A stretch of 64,000 bases of DNA from an uncultured Acidimicrobiia bacterium (GTDB lineage: Bacteria > Actinomycetota > Acidimicrobiia > Acidimicrobiales > AC-14): NCBI GenBank assembly GCA_963836205.1, contig CAWIIV010000006.1, forward strand, positions 608,001 to 672,000, given 5' to 3'. Positions within the stretch are counted from its first letter, which is position 1; each line of letters starts with the position of its first letter. The notes beneath the pieces were generated by a model. That model did not search any database. It was not told where the DNA came from and saw only the letters and a list, made by a program, of their open reading frames with translations. The position numbers were made by a program, and so were the translations under genes. Shown here in pieces: positions 9,073-19,471 of this stretch.

Positions 9073-10418
9073 CCCGCCGGGGCGTCCGGGTCGTCGTCGT
9101 CAACTACAACGGCGGCGGAACCACGCTGGCCTGCCTCGAAAGCCTGCTCGCCAGCGACTGGCCGGTCGACGACCTCGACGTGGTGATGGTCGACAACGCC
9201 TCCACCGACGGCGTGGTGGCTGCGGTCAAGGCGGGGATGCCGCGGGTGACGGTGATCGAGGCCGGGTCCAACCGGGGCTTCGCCGGCGGCTGCAACCTGG
9301 CCATGCACGACCTGTCGGAGGTCGACTACGTCGCCCTGGTCAACAACGACGCCATCGTCGAACCCAACTGGCTCCATCCCCTGGTGGCGGCCATCGACCG
9401 CGACCCCGGCATCGGCGCGGCCTGCCCCAAGATCCTCTTCACCGGCTCCTTCGTCGACATCCTGCTCGAGTCGTCGACCGCCGTCCGCGGCCTCGGCGAC
9501 CGCCGGCCCCTCGGCGTGCGCCTCAGCGGGGCCCGCCTCGACGGGCAGGACGCGTCCGACCGCATCCAGCTGGTCGACGGCTTCTGGGGACTCGAGCACG
9601 GCCACAACGGCGAGGGGGCCTTCCAGTGGAGCAACGGCGCCGCCCATCTGCGGGTGCCGGCCCGTCCCGACGGCACCCTCCCGCAGGTGGAGCTGCGCCT
9701 GGCGGCCGGCAGCCACCGCACGGTGGTGGTGCGGTCCGATCCCGAGGAGATCGAGCTGGCGGTGACGCCCAGCCCGGCGTGGTACGACGTCCCCGTCGCC
9801 GGCCTTCCCTACGCCGTGCTCAACAACGCCGGCAACGTGCTGCTGGCCGACGGCTACGGCGCCGACCGCGGCTACCAGCAACGCGACCGCGGCCAGTTCG
9901 ACCGATCCGACGAGGTCTTCGCCTGGTGCGGCGCGGCGGTGTTGCTCTCCCGCCGTTACCTGGAGTCGGTCGGGCTCCTCGAGGAACGCTTCTTCCTGTA
10001 CTACGAGGACACCGACCTCTCGTGGCGGGGCCGGGCCCAGGGGTGGCGCTACGTCTACGTGCCCGAGGCGGTCGTGCGCCACGAGCACTCGGCGTCGTCG
10101 GTGGAAGGGTCGCGGCTGTTCGCCCACTTCGTGGAGCGCAACCGGTTGCTCATGCTCGCCCGCAACGCCCCGTTGTCGCTGGCCGCCAAGGAGGCGGGCC
10201 GCCACCTGCTCATCACCGGCTCCTACGCCCGCCGCGACATCCTCAGCGCGGTGGCCCAGGCCCGCCGGCCGACAGTCGAGACCGTCCGGCGCCGGCTCCG
10301 GTCCCTCGGCGGCTATCTCCGCCTGCTGCCCGTCGCCCTCGCCGACCGCCGCCAACTCCGGCGCCTCCGCACCGTCAACGACCGCGAGCTCCTCGCGGAG
10401 TGGGTCACCAAGCCCTAG
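9069..10418 (+). CDS. GT2 glycosyltransferase with an inserted beta-sandwich domain
   Basis: VVVNYN, VDNASTD, NRGFAGGCN, LVNND, FFLYYEDTD; insert of about 125 aa at 9441-9815. Confidence 0.88.
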   Translation: MTRRGVRVVVVNYNGGGTTLACLESLLASDWPVDDLDVVMVDNASTDGVVAAVKAGMPRVTVIEAGSNRGFAGGCNLAMHDLSEVDYVALVNNDAIVEPNWLHPLVAAIDRDPGIGAACPKILFTGSFVDILLESSTAVRGLGDRRPLGVRLSGARLDGQDASDRIQLVDGFWGLEHGHNGEGAFQWSNGAAHLRVPARPDGTLPQVELRLAAGSHRTVVVRSDPEEIELAVTPSPAWYDVPVAGLPYAVLNNAGNVLLADGYGADRGYQQRDRGQFDRSDEVFAWCGAAVLLSRRYLESVGLLEERFFLYYEDTDLSWRGRAQGWRYVYVPEAVVRHEHSASSVEGSRLFAHFVERNRLLMLARNAPLSLAAKEAGRHLLITGSYARRDILSAVAQARRPTVETVRRRLRSLGGYLRLLPVALADRRQLRRLRTVNDRELLAEWVTKP

Positions 10419-10472
10419 TTCCGCCGGAGCACCGCTCTACCAACAGTCGAGCTCGCGGCGCCCGGCGCTCGG

Positions 10473-12350
10473 CTACGTCTGGGACTGGCTGCCGGGGAAC
10501 GGGCCTCGGACGTCGACGGTGCGCTTGAGAAGGGTGAGGCTGGGCAGGCCGCCGTCGGGGTTGAGCCGCTTCCAGATGAGCTCGAGCTCGGGGTCGTGGA
10601 GCTCGCCGGCGGCGGTGGCGAGGGCCTCGGCCAGCCAGTCGAAGCCCTGGGCCAGCTTGCACTCGGGCAGGCCCAGCTCGTCGGCCCGCTCGGTGAAGGT
10701 CTTGAAACGGGCCCGGGTCACCTGGTCCCACTTGGGGGTGACGGTGGGACTCATCACCGCCGCCGACCGGAGGAGGTTGGCGTAGCGGGGAAGGAGCTGG
10801 GCCTCGTCCATCTTCAGGCAGGCGTCGCCGATCTCCACCAGGGCGAGCTTGGCGTCGGTGTAGGTGACCGGTCCCATGCCGCGGATGTCGGCCATCGACA
10901 ACCCGGCCATGACGATGGTCTCCAGCAGGTGGCCCAGGGCGGCCTCGGCCAGGGCCATCTCGTACAGGTACGACCGGCCCATCCGGTCCCAGTCCTGCTT
11001 CATGACGTCGTCGGCGAACGACTTGCGCAGGATCGCCGACGCCTCCGCCGGCAGCCCGCTCATCCGGTAGGTGCGGGCCTGCAGCACCGAGAACAGGGAG
11101 AACTTCTCGCCCATGGCCGCCGCCGCCTCGTCGGCCACCACCCGGGCGATGCGGTCGGCCCGGTCGCGGGGGATGCCGAAGCGCTCGTAGCGCCCGGCCA
11201 GCACCGGTCCGGCCGTCATGATCGGCCCGTCGGACACCAGCGGACCGAGCTTGCGGCCCACCCGTCCGGTGGACTGCACCAACCGGCGCCAGATGTCGTC
11301 GAGGTCGCGGTCGCCGGCCCGGCCGGCGTCGACCAGCCGCACCGCGGCCTTGGCGATGGCCGGATGGCGGGTGCGCAACGAGCTCCCGCTTCCAGCGCCG
11401 AGGCCGGCGGCGATCAGCCGAGCCCGGATCGCCGGTGCGCCCGCCCGTTCGATGCGAGCCAGGTCGGCGATCACGGCCAGGTCGACGCCGTCGAAGTCGC
11501 ACGCCTCGGCCACGGCCACGGAGAGGAACGCCTCCAGATCGGCCGATCCGACATCGGCCACCAGTGCCGCCACGTGCTCGAGCAGGCCGTCGGGGCCGAA
11601 GCGCTGGTCGAGGATGCCGCCGAGCATGGTGGCGTCGCACATCCCCTGGCGGGACCCGACCGCGTCGAGCAGGTACTGGCCCCGCTCGTCGGCGGGGTCG
11701 GTTTCGAGCGCCCCCAGCGACCCGGCCCCGGCCCACACCTCCACCAGGCGGTCGGCGTCGGCGGGGGCCAGCTCGATCAGCTTGGTCCGCATCCCGAGCG
11801 TCGGCCACAGGCTGACGAACTTCTCCCACGGCGGCTCCGCGCTCCGCCCCTGGTGCTTGAACTTGGACTCCCAGTCGGGACTGCGCCCGACGAGCACCCA
11901 GTGGATGTCCTTGCGGCGCTTGGCCAGGGGCGTGACCGTGCTCTCCAGGTCGGCCGCGATCTCCTCGGCGTCGTCGCTGACCAGCACCCACGGCCCCTCG
12001 GGCAGGGCGGCCACGGCATCGTCGTCGAGGCGGGTGCCCGGGTCGCGGAACAGCACCTTGGTGCCGGCCCGCACCAGGTCGACCGCGATCTGGCGGACGG
12101 TGGTGCTCTTGCCCTGGCCCCGCGGCCCCACCAACAGCACCATGGCCGACTCGATGGTGCGCTCGAACGCCGCCACCGCGGGCGCCACCGCCTGGCGGCG
12201 CAGGACCTGGTCCTCCGGCGCCTGGGCGACGCGCCAGTCGGCCGGGCCACCGTCGTAGAAGCGAATGAGGTCGTCGGCCCCCAGCGGCCCGCCGTTGTCG
12301 GCAAGCAGCTCCGGGGTGACTTCGGTCCAACCTGGCAACAACTCGCTCAC
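10473..12350 (-). CDS. P-loop NTPase, STAND-like, with a helical C-terminal region
   Basis: Walker A GPRGQGKST, Walker B WVLVSDDA, and WVLVGRSPDW; GGAGG RBS; GTGA overlap with the upstream gene. Confidence 0.75.
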   Translation of the reverse strand: MSELLPGWTEVTPELLADNGGPLGADDLIRFYDGGPADWRVAQAPEDQVLRRQAVAPAVAAFERTIESAMVLLVGPRGQGKSTTVRQIAVDLVRAGTKVLFRDPGTRLDDDAVAALPEGPWVLVSDDAEEIAADLESTVTPLAKRRKDIHWVLVGRSPDWESKFKHQGRSAEPPWEKFVSLWPTLGMRTKLIELAPADADRLVEVWAGAGSLGALETDPADERGQYLLDAVGSRQGMCDATMLGGILDQRFGPDGLLEHVAALVADVGSADLEAFLSVAVAEACDFDGVDLAVIADLARIERAGAPAIRARLIAAGLGAGSGSSLRTRHPAIAKAAVRLVDAGRAGDRDLDDIWRRLVQSTGRVGRKLGPLVSDGPIMTAGPVLAGRYERFGIPRDRADRIARVVADEAAAAMGEKFSLFSVLQARTYRMSGLPAEASAILRKSFADDVMKQDWDRMGRSYLYEMALAEAALGHLLETIVMAGLSMADIRGMGPVTYTDAKLALVEIGDACLKMDEAQLLPRYANLLRSAAVMSPTVTPKWDQVTRARFKTFTERADELGLPECKLAQGFDWLAEALATAAGELHDPELELIWKRLNPDGGLPSLTLLKRTVDVRGPFPGSQSQT

Positions 12351-12601
12351 GTTCCTCCCTCGACACCTTCACCCAGCTGGCGCAGCGCTTCGGCCAGTGC
12401 TGCTCGTAGCCGGCGGGCGGACTGGGGCGTCAGGTGGGTGATGATCCCCGTGCCCCGCCGGTCCTCCTCCTCGACCGTGATCTCCACGCGAATGTCCTGG
12501 CACGCGTCGCAGTCGTCGGCGATGGCGACCGCCCACGACGCCGGGGGCCGCTCGCCACCCCGGGGGTGGTCGTCCATCCCGTAATCGATTGATTTCTTCA
12601 T
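12347..12601 (-). CDS. Small hypothetical protein with a CxxC motif
   Basis: 84 aa, DDCDAC motif; stop overlaps the NTPase start. Confidence 0.7.
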   Translation of the reverse strand: MKKSIDYGMDDHPRGGERPPASWAVAIADDCDACQDIRVEITVEEEDRRGTGIITHLTPQSARRLRAALAEALRQLGEGVEGGT

Positions 12602-12663
12602 GCCGACTTCTTCATTGCGACTTTTTCATGGCGACTTCTTCACACGACCTGCGGCTTCTTCAT
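12588..12663 (-). repeat. 14-bp tandem repeat (R)TGAAGAAGTCGNN, four copies plus one variant, encoding overlapping mini-ORFs
   Basis: Units begin at 12643, 12629, 12615 and 12601 on the minus strand; variant ATGAAGAAGCCG at 12663. Confidence 0.9.
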
Positions 12664-13230
12664 GGGGATGTCCTCGCCGCCGGCGGTGTTGGCGATCTTG
12701 GCGATCTCGCCCTCGACCACCTGGTCGAGGTTGGGCGTCTGCGAGTCGACCATCGGGTCCCAGCCGGGGCGGGCGCTCACGTCGTAGCCCGCCTCCAGGA
12801 TCAGCTTCTCGATGTGGAGCTGGGCCTCGGGTCGGAAGCGGCGGACGACACCGCCCGGCAGCATCGGCAGGGGGATGTTGAGCATCCCGCACGCAACCTC
12901 GAGGGTGGCGTCGTACTGGCGGATGTAGTCGGTCCACTCTCGAGTCTGGTCCTCGTACTCGATCCGGGTGAACTTCGAGTAGCCGGCCATGATCGTGTTG
13001 AGCCGGCGCAGCTGGGCCCCGATGATGACGATGTCGAGGTCGGCGCCGGGCGCCTCCAGCAACCACTCGTCGACCTCGTGGCGCTTGGCCAGCTGGGCCG
13101 CCTTCTTGTTGTAGACCTCGATCTCCTGCGGGTACGTGCTCGACTGCGCCTGGGCGAGCATGGCCCGGATCCGCACCACGATCTTCAGCCACTCGGCTTC
13201 GGCCCGCGCTTCTTCTTCGTCGTCAGTCAT
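12640..13230 (-). CDS. DUF2786-domain protein fused to an unknown helical domain
   Basis: IVVRIRAMLAQAQSSTYPQEIEVYNKKAAQLAKRHEVD matches the DUF2786 pattern. Confidence 0.7.
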   Translation of the reverse strand: MTDDEEEARAEAEWLKIVVRIRAMLAQAQSSTYPQEIEVYNKKAAQLAKRHEVDEWLLEAPGADLDIVIIGAQLRRLNTIMAGYSKFTRIEYEDQTREWTDYIRQYDATLEVACGMLNIPLPMLPGGVVRRFRPEAQLHIEKLILEAGYDVSARPGWDPMVDSQTPNLDQVVEGEIAKIANTAGGEDIPMKKPQVV

Positions 13231-13318
13231 GGGCCGTCAGCCTCGGGAAGGTTTTCGAGCTACTGGGCGTCATCGCAGGTGGGCGACGACATCTCCTTCC
13301 CGCATGATAGCCGGGGGG

Positions 13319-13747
13319 TCAGGAAAGGCTGCCCTCCACGTTGATCCTGACGCCGCCCCGCAGGGCATTCGACACCGGGCAAGACCCCTCGGCCGCGGTG
13401 AGGGCCTCCCGGAAGGCCCTCTCGTCGGCGCCGGGGACGGTGGCCACCACGACCAGGTCGATGGCGGTGATCGTCGGCGGCTCGAACGTGCAGGTGGCCT
13501 CCACCTCGAGCAGGGCGGGCGGGTTGCCCCGGGAGCTGAGCTCGTTGGACAGGGCCATGCAGAAGCAGGCCGCGTGGGCGGCCGCCAGCAGCTCCTCGGG
13601 GCTCGTCTTGCCGCCCGGCTGGTCCTCGGTGCGAGCCGGCCAGCTCACCGGCGCGTCGGTGAACAGCCCCGTGCTGGCGGCCGAGACCGTCCCGTTGCCC
13701 TCGAACAGGTCGCCTTCCCACTTCGCACTCGCCCTGCGCTGCGCCAC
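13319..13747 (-). CDS. osmC: OsmC-family peroxiredoxin
   Basis: TSPEELLAAAHAACFCMALS and CPVSNAL; AAGGAG RBS. Confidence 0.92.
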   Translation of the reverse strand: MAQRRASAKWEGDLFEGNGTVSAASTGLFTDAPVSWPARTEDQPGGKTSPEELLAAAHAACFCMALSNELSSRGNPPALLEVEATCTFEPPTITAIDLVVVATVPGADERAFREALTAAEGSCPVSNALRGGVRINVEGSLS

Positions 13748-13817
13748 GAGAGTCTCCTTGGTTGCCGTCCGGTGCCTCCAACGTATGCCGGGCGTTCGAT
13801 CGGGGCACACATGAGCC

Positions 13818-14105
13818 GTGGACAACGAAGCGATGCTCTGGAAGGGAGCCGGCGCCCTGAGCGGGGCGGCGTCGGGCGGGCTGACCCGGACGGCGATGAA
13901 GAAGGGCTGGACGAAGTGGAGGGGCTCCGACCCGCCCACCAACCCGGCCTCGCCGTCCACCAAGTGGTCGGAGGCTCTGGCGTGGGCCGCGGCCTGCGGG
14001 GTCGCCATCGCGATCGCCCGGCTGGTGGCCCAACGGGGAGTGGCCGAGGCCTGGAAGAAGGCCACCGGCTCGTACCCCAAGGGATTGGAAACCGTCAGCC
14101 CGTAG
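13818..14105 (+). CDS. DUF4235-like small protein
   Basis: GWTKWRGSDPPTNP...WSEALAWAA...ARLVAQRG. Confidence 0.8.
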   Translation: MDNEAMLWKGAGALSGAASGGLTRTAMKKGWTKWRGSDPPTNPASPSTKWSEALAWAAACGVAIAIARLVAQRGVAEAWKKATGSYPKGLETVSP

Positions 14106-14138
14106 CCGCGGCGGGCCCGGGCGGGTCGACGCCCGGCG

Positions 14139-14600
14139 TCACTCGCGGACGAGGAAGTCGACCGCGAGAAGCACGGGGCCGTCGACGGTCACCGCGTGGG
14201 GCACCGAGGGCGGGATGGGCTGGGTGTCGCCCGCACCGAGCTGCACGTGGATCGGAGGGTCGGTCTCCAGGGATATGCCGGCGGAGCCTTCGATGACGCG
14301 GAGGCGGCCCCACACGCCTTCGGCCACCCGGTGCGCCTTCCGGAGGGCGGCGGGCAGGGTCGTGGCGTCGAAGGGGCCGGCCGTGCGCGTCACGCGGAGC
14401 GAGCCGGGGAGCTCGGCCCGGTCGCACAGCGGGCAGTCCACGTCGGTGCCGAGGCGAGCCGTCCGCCCGGCCTCGGTCGTCACCCAGGGACGCTCCTGGA
14501 ACGGCGGCCGGTGCCGCATGTGCTGGCCGTGCAGGCACGACAGCTCCGCCACCCAGTCGCCGTGCTCGTCTTGGTGGAAGCCCGCAATCACCCGTCGCAC
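14139..14600 (-). CDS. DUF3565-DUF1971 (TehB N-terminal cupin-like) fusion protein
   Basis: FHQDEHGDWVAELSCLHGQHMRHRPPF...CPLCD followed by LPAALRKAH...GVWGRLRV...PPSVPH. Confidence 0.85.
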   Translation of the reverse strand: MRRVIAGFHQDEHGDWVAELSCLHGQHMRHRPPFQERPWVTTEAGRTARLGTDVDCPLCDRAELPGSLRVTRTAGPFDATTLPAALRKAHRVAEGVWGRLRVIEGSAGISLETDPPIHVQLGAGDTQPIPPSVPHAVTVDGPVLLAVDFLVRE

Positions 14601-14764
14601 GGGGCCCGTCCTCCCTGGTTGGCCTCGTCGATCACGGCGGGCGGCCGACGCCGCTGTTCGTGGGCATGAAAAGGTGCGTGCAGCACCCTTTTCCGACCCA
14701 AGAACTGTGCCGGGCACGGGAATGGCGAACGACGACCGGTTTGCCCGGTGGGGACGACGCCTCG

Positions 14765-15631
14765 TCACGACAGGCCGAGCGCGTCGGCGACCGAGGCGAG
14801 GTAGTCGACGTGGCCGTCGACGGAGTCCAACCCGAGGCCCATCGTGACCACCGAGAAATGGGTACCGCCTGCCTCGCGCCAGGCGTCGATCTCCGCGGTG
14901 AGGTCGCCCACGGTCCGACTCAGGGACACGTACTCGCCGCCGAACTCGTCGACCGGCCGGCCGAGGTCGCCCACCCGCTCACGCAGCCGGTTCCACGTGT
15001 CGACGGCGTGGTCGACACCACCGCCACCGAAGAAGATGAAGCCGTCCGCCAGCCGGGCGGCCCGGTCGAACGCCTTCTCGCCCGATCCACCGAGCCAGAT
15101 CGGGACGGGCCGCGTCGGCTTCGGGACGAGTGCGGCTCTGTTCACCCGGTCGAAGCGGCCCGCGAAGTCGACGACCGGTTCGGTGAACAACCGGCGCAGC
15201 AACTGGATCTGCTCCTCCTGCCGGGCGCCGCGGGTACGGAAGTCCTGCCCGAGGGCCTCGTACTCGACGTGGTTCCAGCCCACCCCCACACCCAGCCGCA
15301 GCCGCCCGCCGGAGAGGAGCTCGACATCGGCCGCCTGCCGAGCCACGAGCGCGGTCTGGCGCTGCGGGAGGATCAGGATCCCGGTGGCGAAGCCGATCCG
15401 CTCGGTGATGCCGGCCAGATAGGCGAATATCACGAACGGGTCGTGGAACGGGTCGTGCTCGGTGTACGGGCCCGTCAGCGGAGGCGTTCGATCGGCGTGA
15501 ACGGCGCCGAGCACGTGGTCGTAGGCGAGGAGATGGGAAAAACCCAGGTCCTCGACCGCGCTCCCGATCCGCCCGACCGCGGTCGGCTCTCCTCCAAGCT
15601 CGTTCTGGGGGTAGACGACTCCGATCTGCAC
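14765..15631 (-). CDS. LLM-class (probably F420-dependent) oxidoreductase
   Basis: AYDHVLG, DPFVIFAYLAG, LILPQRQTALVARQAA, SGGRLRLGVGVGWN. Confidence 0.92.
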   Translation of the reverse strand: MQIGVVYPQNELGGEPTAVGRIGSAVEDLGFSHLLAYDHVLGAVHADRTPPLTGPYTEHDPFHDPFVIFAYLAGITERIGFATGILILPQRQTALVARQAADVELLSGGRLRLGVGVGWNHVEYEALGQDFRTRGARQEEQIQLLRRLFTEPVVDFAGRFDRVNRAALVPKPTRPVPIWLGGSGEKAFDRAARLADGFIFFGGGGVDHAVDTWNRLRERVGDLGRPVDEFGGEYVSLSRTVGDLTAEIDAWREAGGTHFSVVTMGLGLDSVDGHVDYLASVADALGLS

Positions 15632-15945
15632 GGGCTTCAGCCTGGCACGGGATGAATCGGGTCAGCGTCGGGTCACGGCCACCCGACGCCGGGCGCGGGA
15701 GCGACGAGCACCCGCTCTACACGCCGCCGACGGACGCGGAGCTGACCGCGAGGTGCCCGTTCGACGGGAGGTCGCCGTGCAACGACCTCGCCCGAGAACT
15801 GCTCCAGAGCGGCGAGCTGCCCCTGACCCGGCGGCGCTGACAGCCCGCACCGCCCCGACCGGCGCTCAAGTGGGTTCCATCCCCTGCCGACAACGGGCCC
15901 GAGTGGGGTGCTCGGCGCGTGCCGGAGCCTGGAAAGGCAACCGGT

Positions 15946-18900
15946 ATGTACATCACCATCACGTCGATCCGGCTCGGCGCGGTCGTCCGACGGCTGGCGG
16001 GCCTGGTGGCCGTGGCGGTGGTAGCCAGCCTCCTCGCCGCGGTACCCGCCGCCGCCCTGGTGTCCGGCGTCCTCGACCCGACGTTCGGCACCGGTGGGAT
16101 CACCCGCGTCGACCTGGCCGGGCCCAGCATCGACGTCGCCAATGCCGGCGTGAGCAATCCGGGCGGCGCGGAGACCGTCCTCGTCGGATCGGCCAACGGC
16201 CACTTCGCCCTGGCCGGGTCGTCCGGGGTGTCGCCGTTCGGCAATGCCAGGCACCAGGTCGTCCTCGACTTCGGCCGCCCGTCGGCCGCCTACGCGGCGG
16301 CAGCTACCAACGACGTGGTCGCAGCCGGGCGGGCGGGCGACGACTTCGCGGTGGCCCGCCTGACCCGGTTCGGGAACCCGGTCCCCGGCTTCGGCGACCA
16401 GGGCCGGGTTACGACCTCGTTCGGACGCCCGGCGGTGGGCCGGGGGGTGGCGCTGCGGATCGACGACACGTTCGTCGTGGGGACGGTCGGCGTCGGCACC
16501 GACGCCGACGTGGCCCTGGCCCGCTACGACAGCCAGGGGCAACTGGTCCCGGAGTTCGGAGCCGGTGGGACCATGGTCGCCGACCTCTCCGGAGGCGCCG
16601 ACGCCGCCTACGCGGTGAGAAACGTGTCCCGCGGCGGCCCCGGAAACCTCGTCGTCGGGGGACGGGCCGGCGGTGCCGCCTTCGTCGGTCGCTACCTGCC
16701 CGACGGCACGTGGGACCCCAGGTTCGGTGATCGGCGGTCGGGTCCTCCTAGACCTCACGCCCGGCGACGACATCGCCTACGGCCTCGACATCTGGGCCGA
16801 CGGTCGCATCGTCGTGGCCGGCATCACCGCCTCGGGAGGCTTCGTCGCTCACCTGACACCGGCCGGAGCCCTGGACGCGACCTTCGGCACGGGCGGCCTG
16901 GTGACGGTCGACCTCGGCCCGGCCGGCGGCTTCAGCTCGGTGGTGTTCGGTGAGAACCCGGCTCGCCAAGCGGTGATCGTGGCCGGAGGGACGATGGTCA
17001 CACCGTCCGGGACCGACGGTGTGCTGGTCCGCCTCACGACCGCCGGCCAGATCGACACCGGCTGGGGCACCGGCGGCCGGACCGTCGTCGACTTCGGCGG
17101 CCCGACCGACAGGGGCAACGCCGTCCTGCGCCAGGGCGCATCTGCCGACAGCGCCTTCCTGATCGGCGGCGACGGCACCGACATGCGGCTGGGGGTGGTC
17201 GACACCGCCGGTCATCTGGTCCCGCCGTCGGACATCGTGTCCGGCCGGATCGACTTCTCCGTCTCGTCCGAGTGGGGCGAGGAGATGGTGGTGCAACCCG
17301 ACGGCGCCATCGTGGTCGTCGGTGGCGGCGACGCCGGGCTGGTGGTGACGCGCTTCCGCCCCGACGGTCGCCTCGACCCGACGTTCGGCCGCGGCGGCGT
17401 GGTCGTCGAGCCGCTCGGGGAGGGCACCGCGGTCGCGCTCCAGGCGGACGGGAAGATCCTGGTCGGCGGGCGGCGCGGCACCCGGGTGTGGGGCGTCTAC
17501 CGCCTCCTGGCCGACGGTCGGATCGACCAGGCCTTCGGCAACCTCGGGTTCGCCGGCTACGACCTCAGCGGCATCTCCACGGTGGGTGGTATCGCGGTAC
17601 GACCAGACGGCCGCATCGTGGTCGGCGCCACACGGCTCCTCGTCCTCAGCCCTTCGGGCCAGATCGAGACGTCCACCAGCCTGGGCATCACCGAAGCCGA
17701 TGTCGTCTCGGGGCTGGCGATGGAACAAGACGGCGTCGTGGTGGCCGTGCTCCGGAAACGCAACGAGATCCTCGGGTCGGGCGGACGGGCCGTGCGCCTC
17801 CTCCTCGACGGTACCCTTGACACGTCCTTCGGCACGACCGTCCGGGGCGCGGCCGGCGGCGTGGTGCGTCTCGCCGACGGCAGGTTCGTGTTCGCCGGCG
17901 AGATCGTCACCGGACGCTCGCCCGGGGGCCTGCCGACGGGTACCGACCTCGTCCTGACCGCCATGACCCACGACGGGTGGAACGACGAGACCTTCGGTGG
18001 ACCCGGGTCGGGCGGCATCGTCAAACTGGACATCGGGCAGTACGACCACGTTCCTGATCTCACCGTCACGCCCGACGGGAAGGTGCTCGTCTCGTTCTCC
18101 CACGGCGCCGACTCGATGCGCCGTGTGGGCCTGGCCCGCTTCCTGCCCGACGGCCGCCTCGACCGCAGCTTCGCGTCGCAGGGGACATGGATCGGCACCC
18201 TGGTGTCGTGGGGGACGGCCGTCGCCGTCGGAACCGACGGCCGGGTGCTCGTCGCGGGGCGGACCGACGGTCCGAATCTCGACGTGGCCCTGATGGCTAT
18301 GGCACCGGCGTCGGTGGCGAGCGGGCCTCCGCGGGCGTGGGGCTTCGGCGGGCTGGGCCAGTCGGGCGTCGGGACCGCCCCGGTCGTCGCGGTGGCCGGG
18401 GGCACCCATCACACCCTGACCGTGGCCGGGGACGGGTCCGTCCGGGCCTCGGGCTGGAACCTCACCGGACAGCTGGGGAACGGGACGACCGTCGACAGCA
18501 ACGTCCCGGTGAGGGTGACGGGCCTCACCGGGGTGGTCGCGGTGGCGGCCGGCACCTATCACAGCCTGGCCCTGAAGGCCGATGGAACCGTGTGGGCGTG
18601 GGGATGGAACCACTTCGGCCAACTGGGCAACGGGACGACCGTCGACAGCCGCGTCCCGGTGCGCGTGGCCGGGCTGACCCAGGTCACCGCAATCGCCGCC
18701 GGATCCCACCACAGCCTCGCCCTGCGGGCCGACGGAACCGCCTGGGCGTGGGGGTGGAACAGCCTCGGCCAGCTGGGCACCAGCACCCACCTCGTCAAAT
18801 CGACCGCCGACAGCGCCACGCCGGTGCCCGTGCGCGCCCCCGGTGCGATCACGGCGGTGGCGGCCGGCAGCTACCACAGCCTGTTCCTGTACGGCGACGG

Positions 18901-19360
18901 GACCATTTACTCGGCCGGCTGGAACGCCTTCGGCCAGCTCGGCCACGGGCCGGAGAACGGGCTCGCCCCCTCCGGGGTCCTCGACTCGGGCAGTTCCCGG
19001 GGCCGATACGTGGCGATCGCAGGAGGCGGGCTCCACAGCCTGGGCGTCAAGGCCGACGGGACGGTCGCGGCCTGGGGGTACAACCAGCTGGGCGAGCTGG
19101 GCGACGGATCGAGGACCGACAGCCAGGTTCCGGTGACGGTGAAAGGCGTCACCAATGCCCTGGCGGTGGCCGGCGGCGGGTACCACAGCCTGGTCCTGGG
19201 ACGGAACGGCGTCGTCCAGGGATGGGGCTCGAACGGCTACGGCCAACTCGGCACCGGCACGACGGCCGACCGCACCGAGCCCACGGTCGTGACGGTCATC
19301 CCGGCCGGCACGGTCGTCTCCGGCATGGCCGCCGGCACCCTCCACTCCCTGGCGTTCTGA
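15946..19360 (+). CDS. Large secreted protein with delta-60 beta-propeller repeats and RCC1 repeats; frameshift at about 16729
   Basis: Signal peptide; LDPTFG.GG and QPDGKIxVxG repeats; HSLALKADGTVWAWGWNxxGQLG repeats. Confidence 0.85.
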
Positions 19361-19471
19361 CCGACCCGGCGCGGCGAGGCCGTTGCGGCCCGCGCTCCCG
19401 GGGACGCGAGAGATAGGGTGCCCGGACACACAGCGGGCCACGCTCGGCGAAGACGAGGCGAGGAGATTCTC

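Noticed and set aside
15652-15840. 62-aa ORF upstream of the delta-60 gene
   Set aside because: No RBS or family signal; cannot be supported as a gene.
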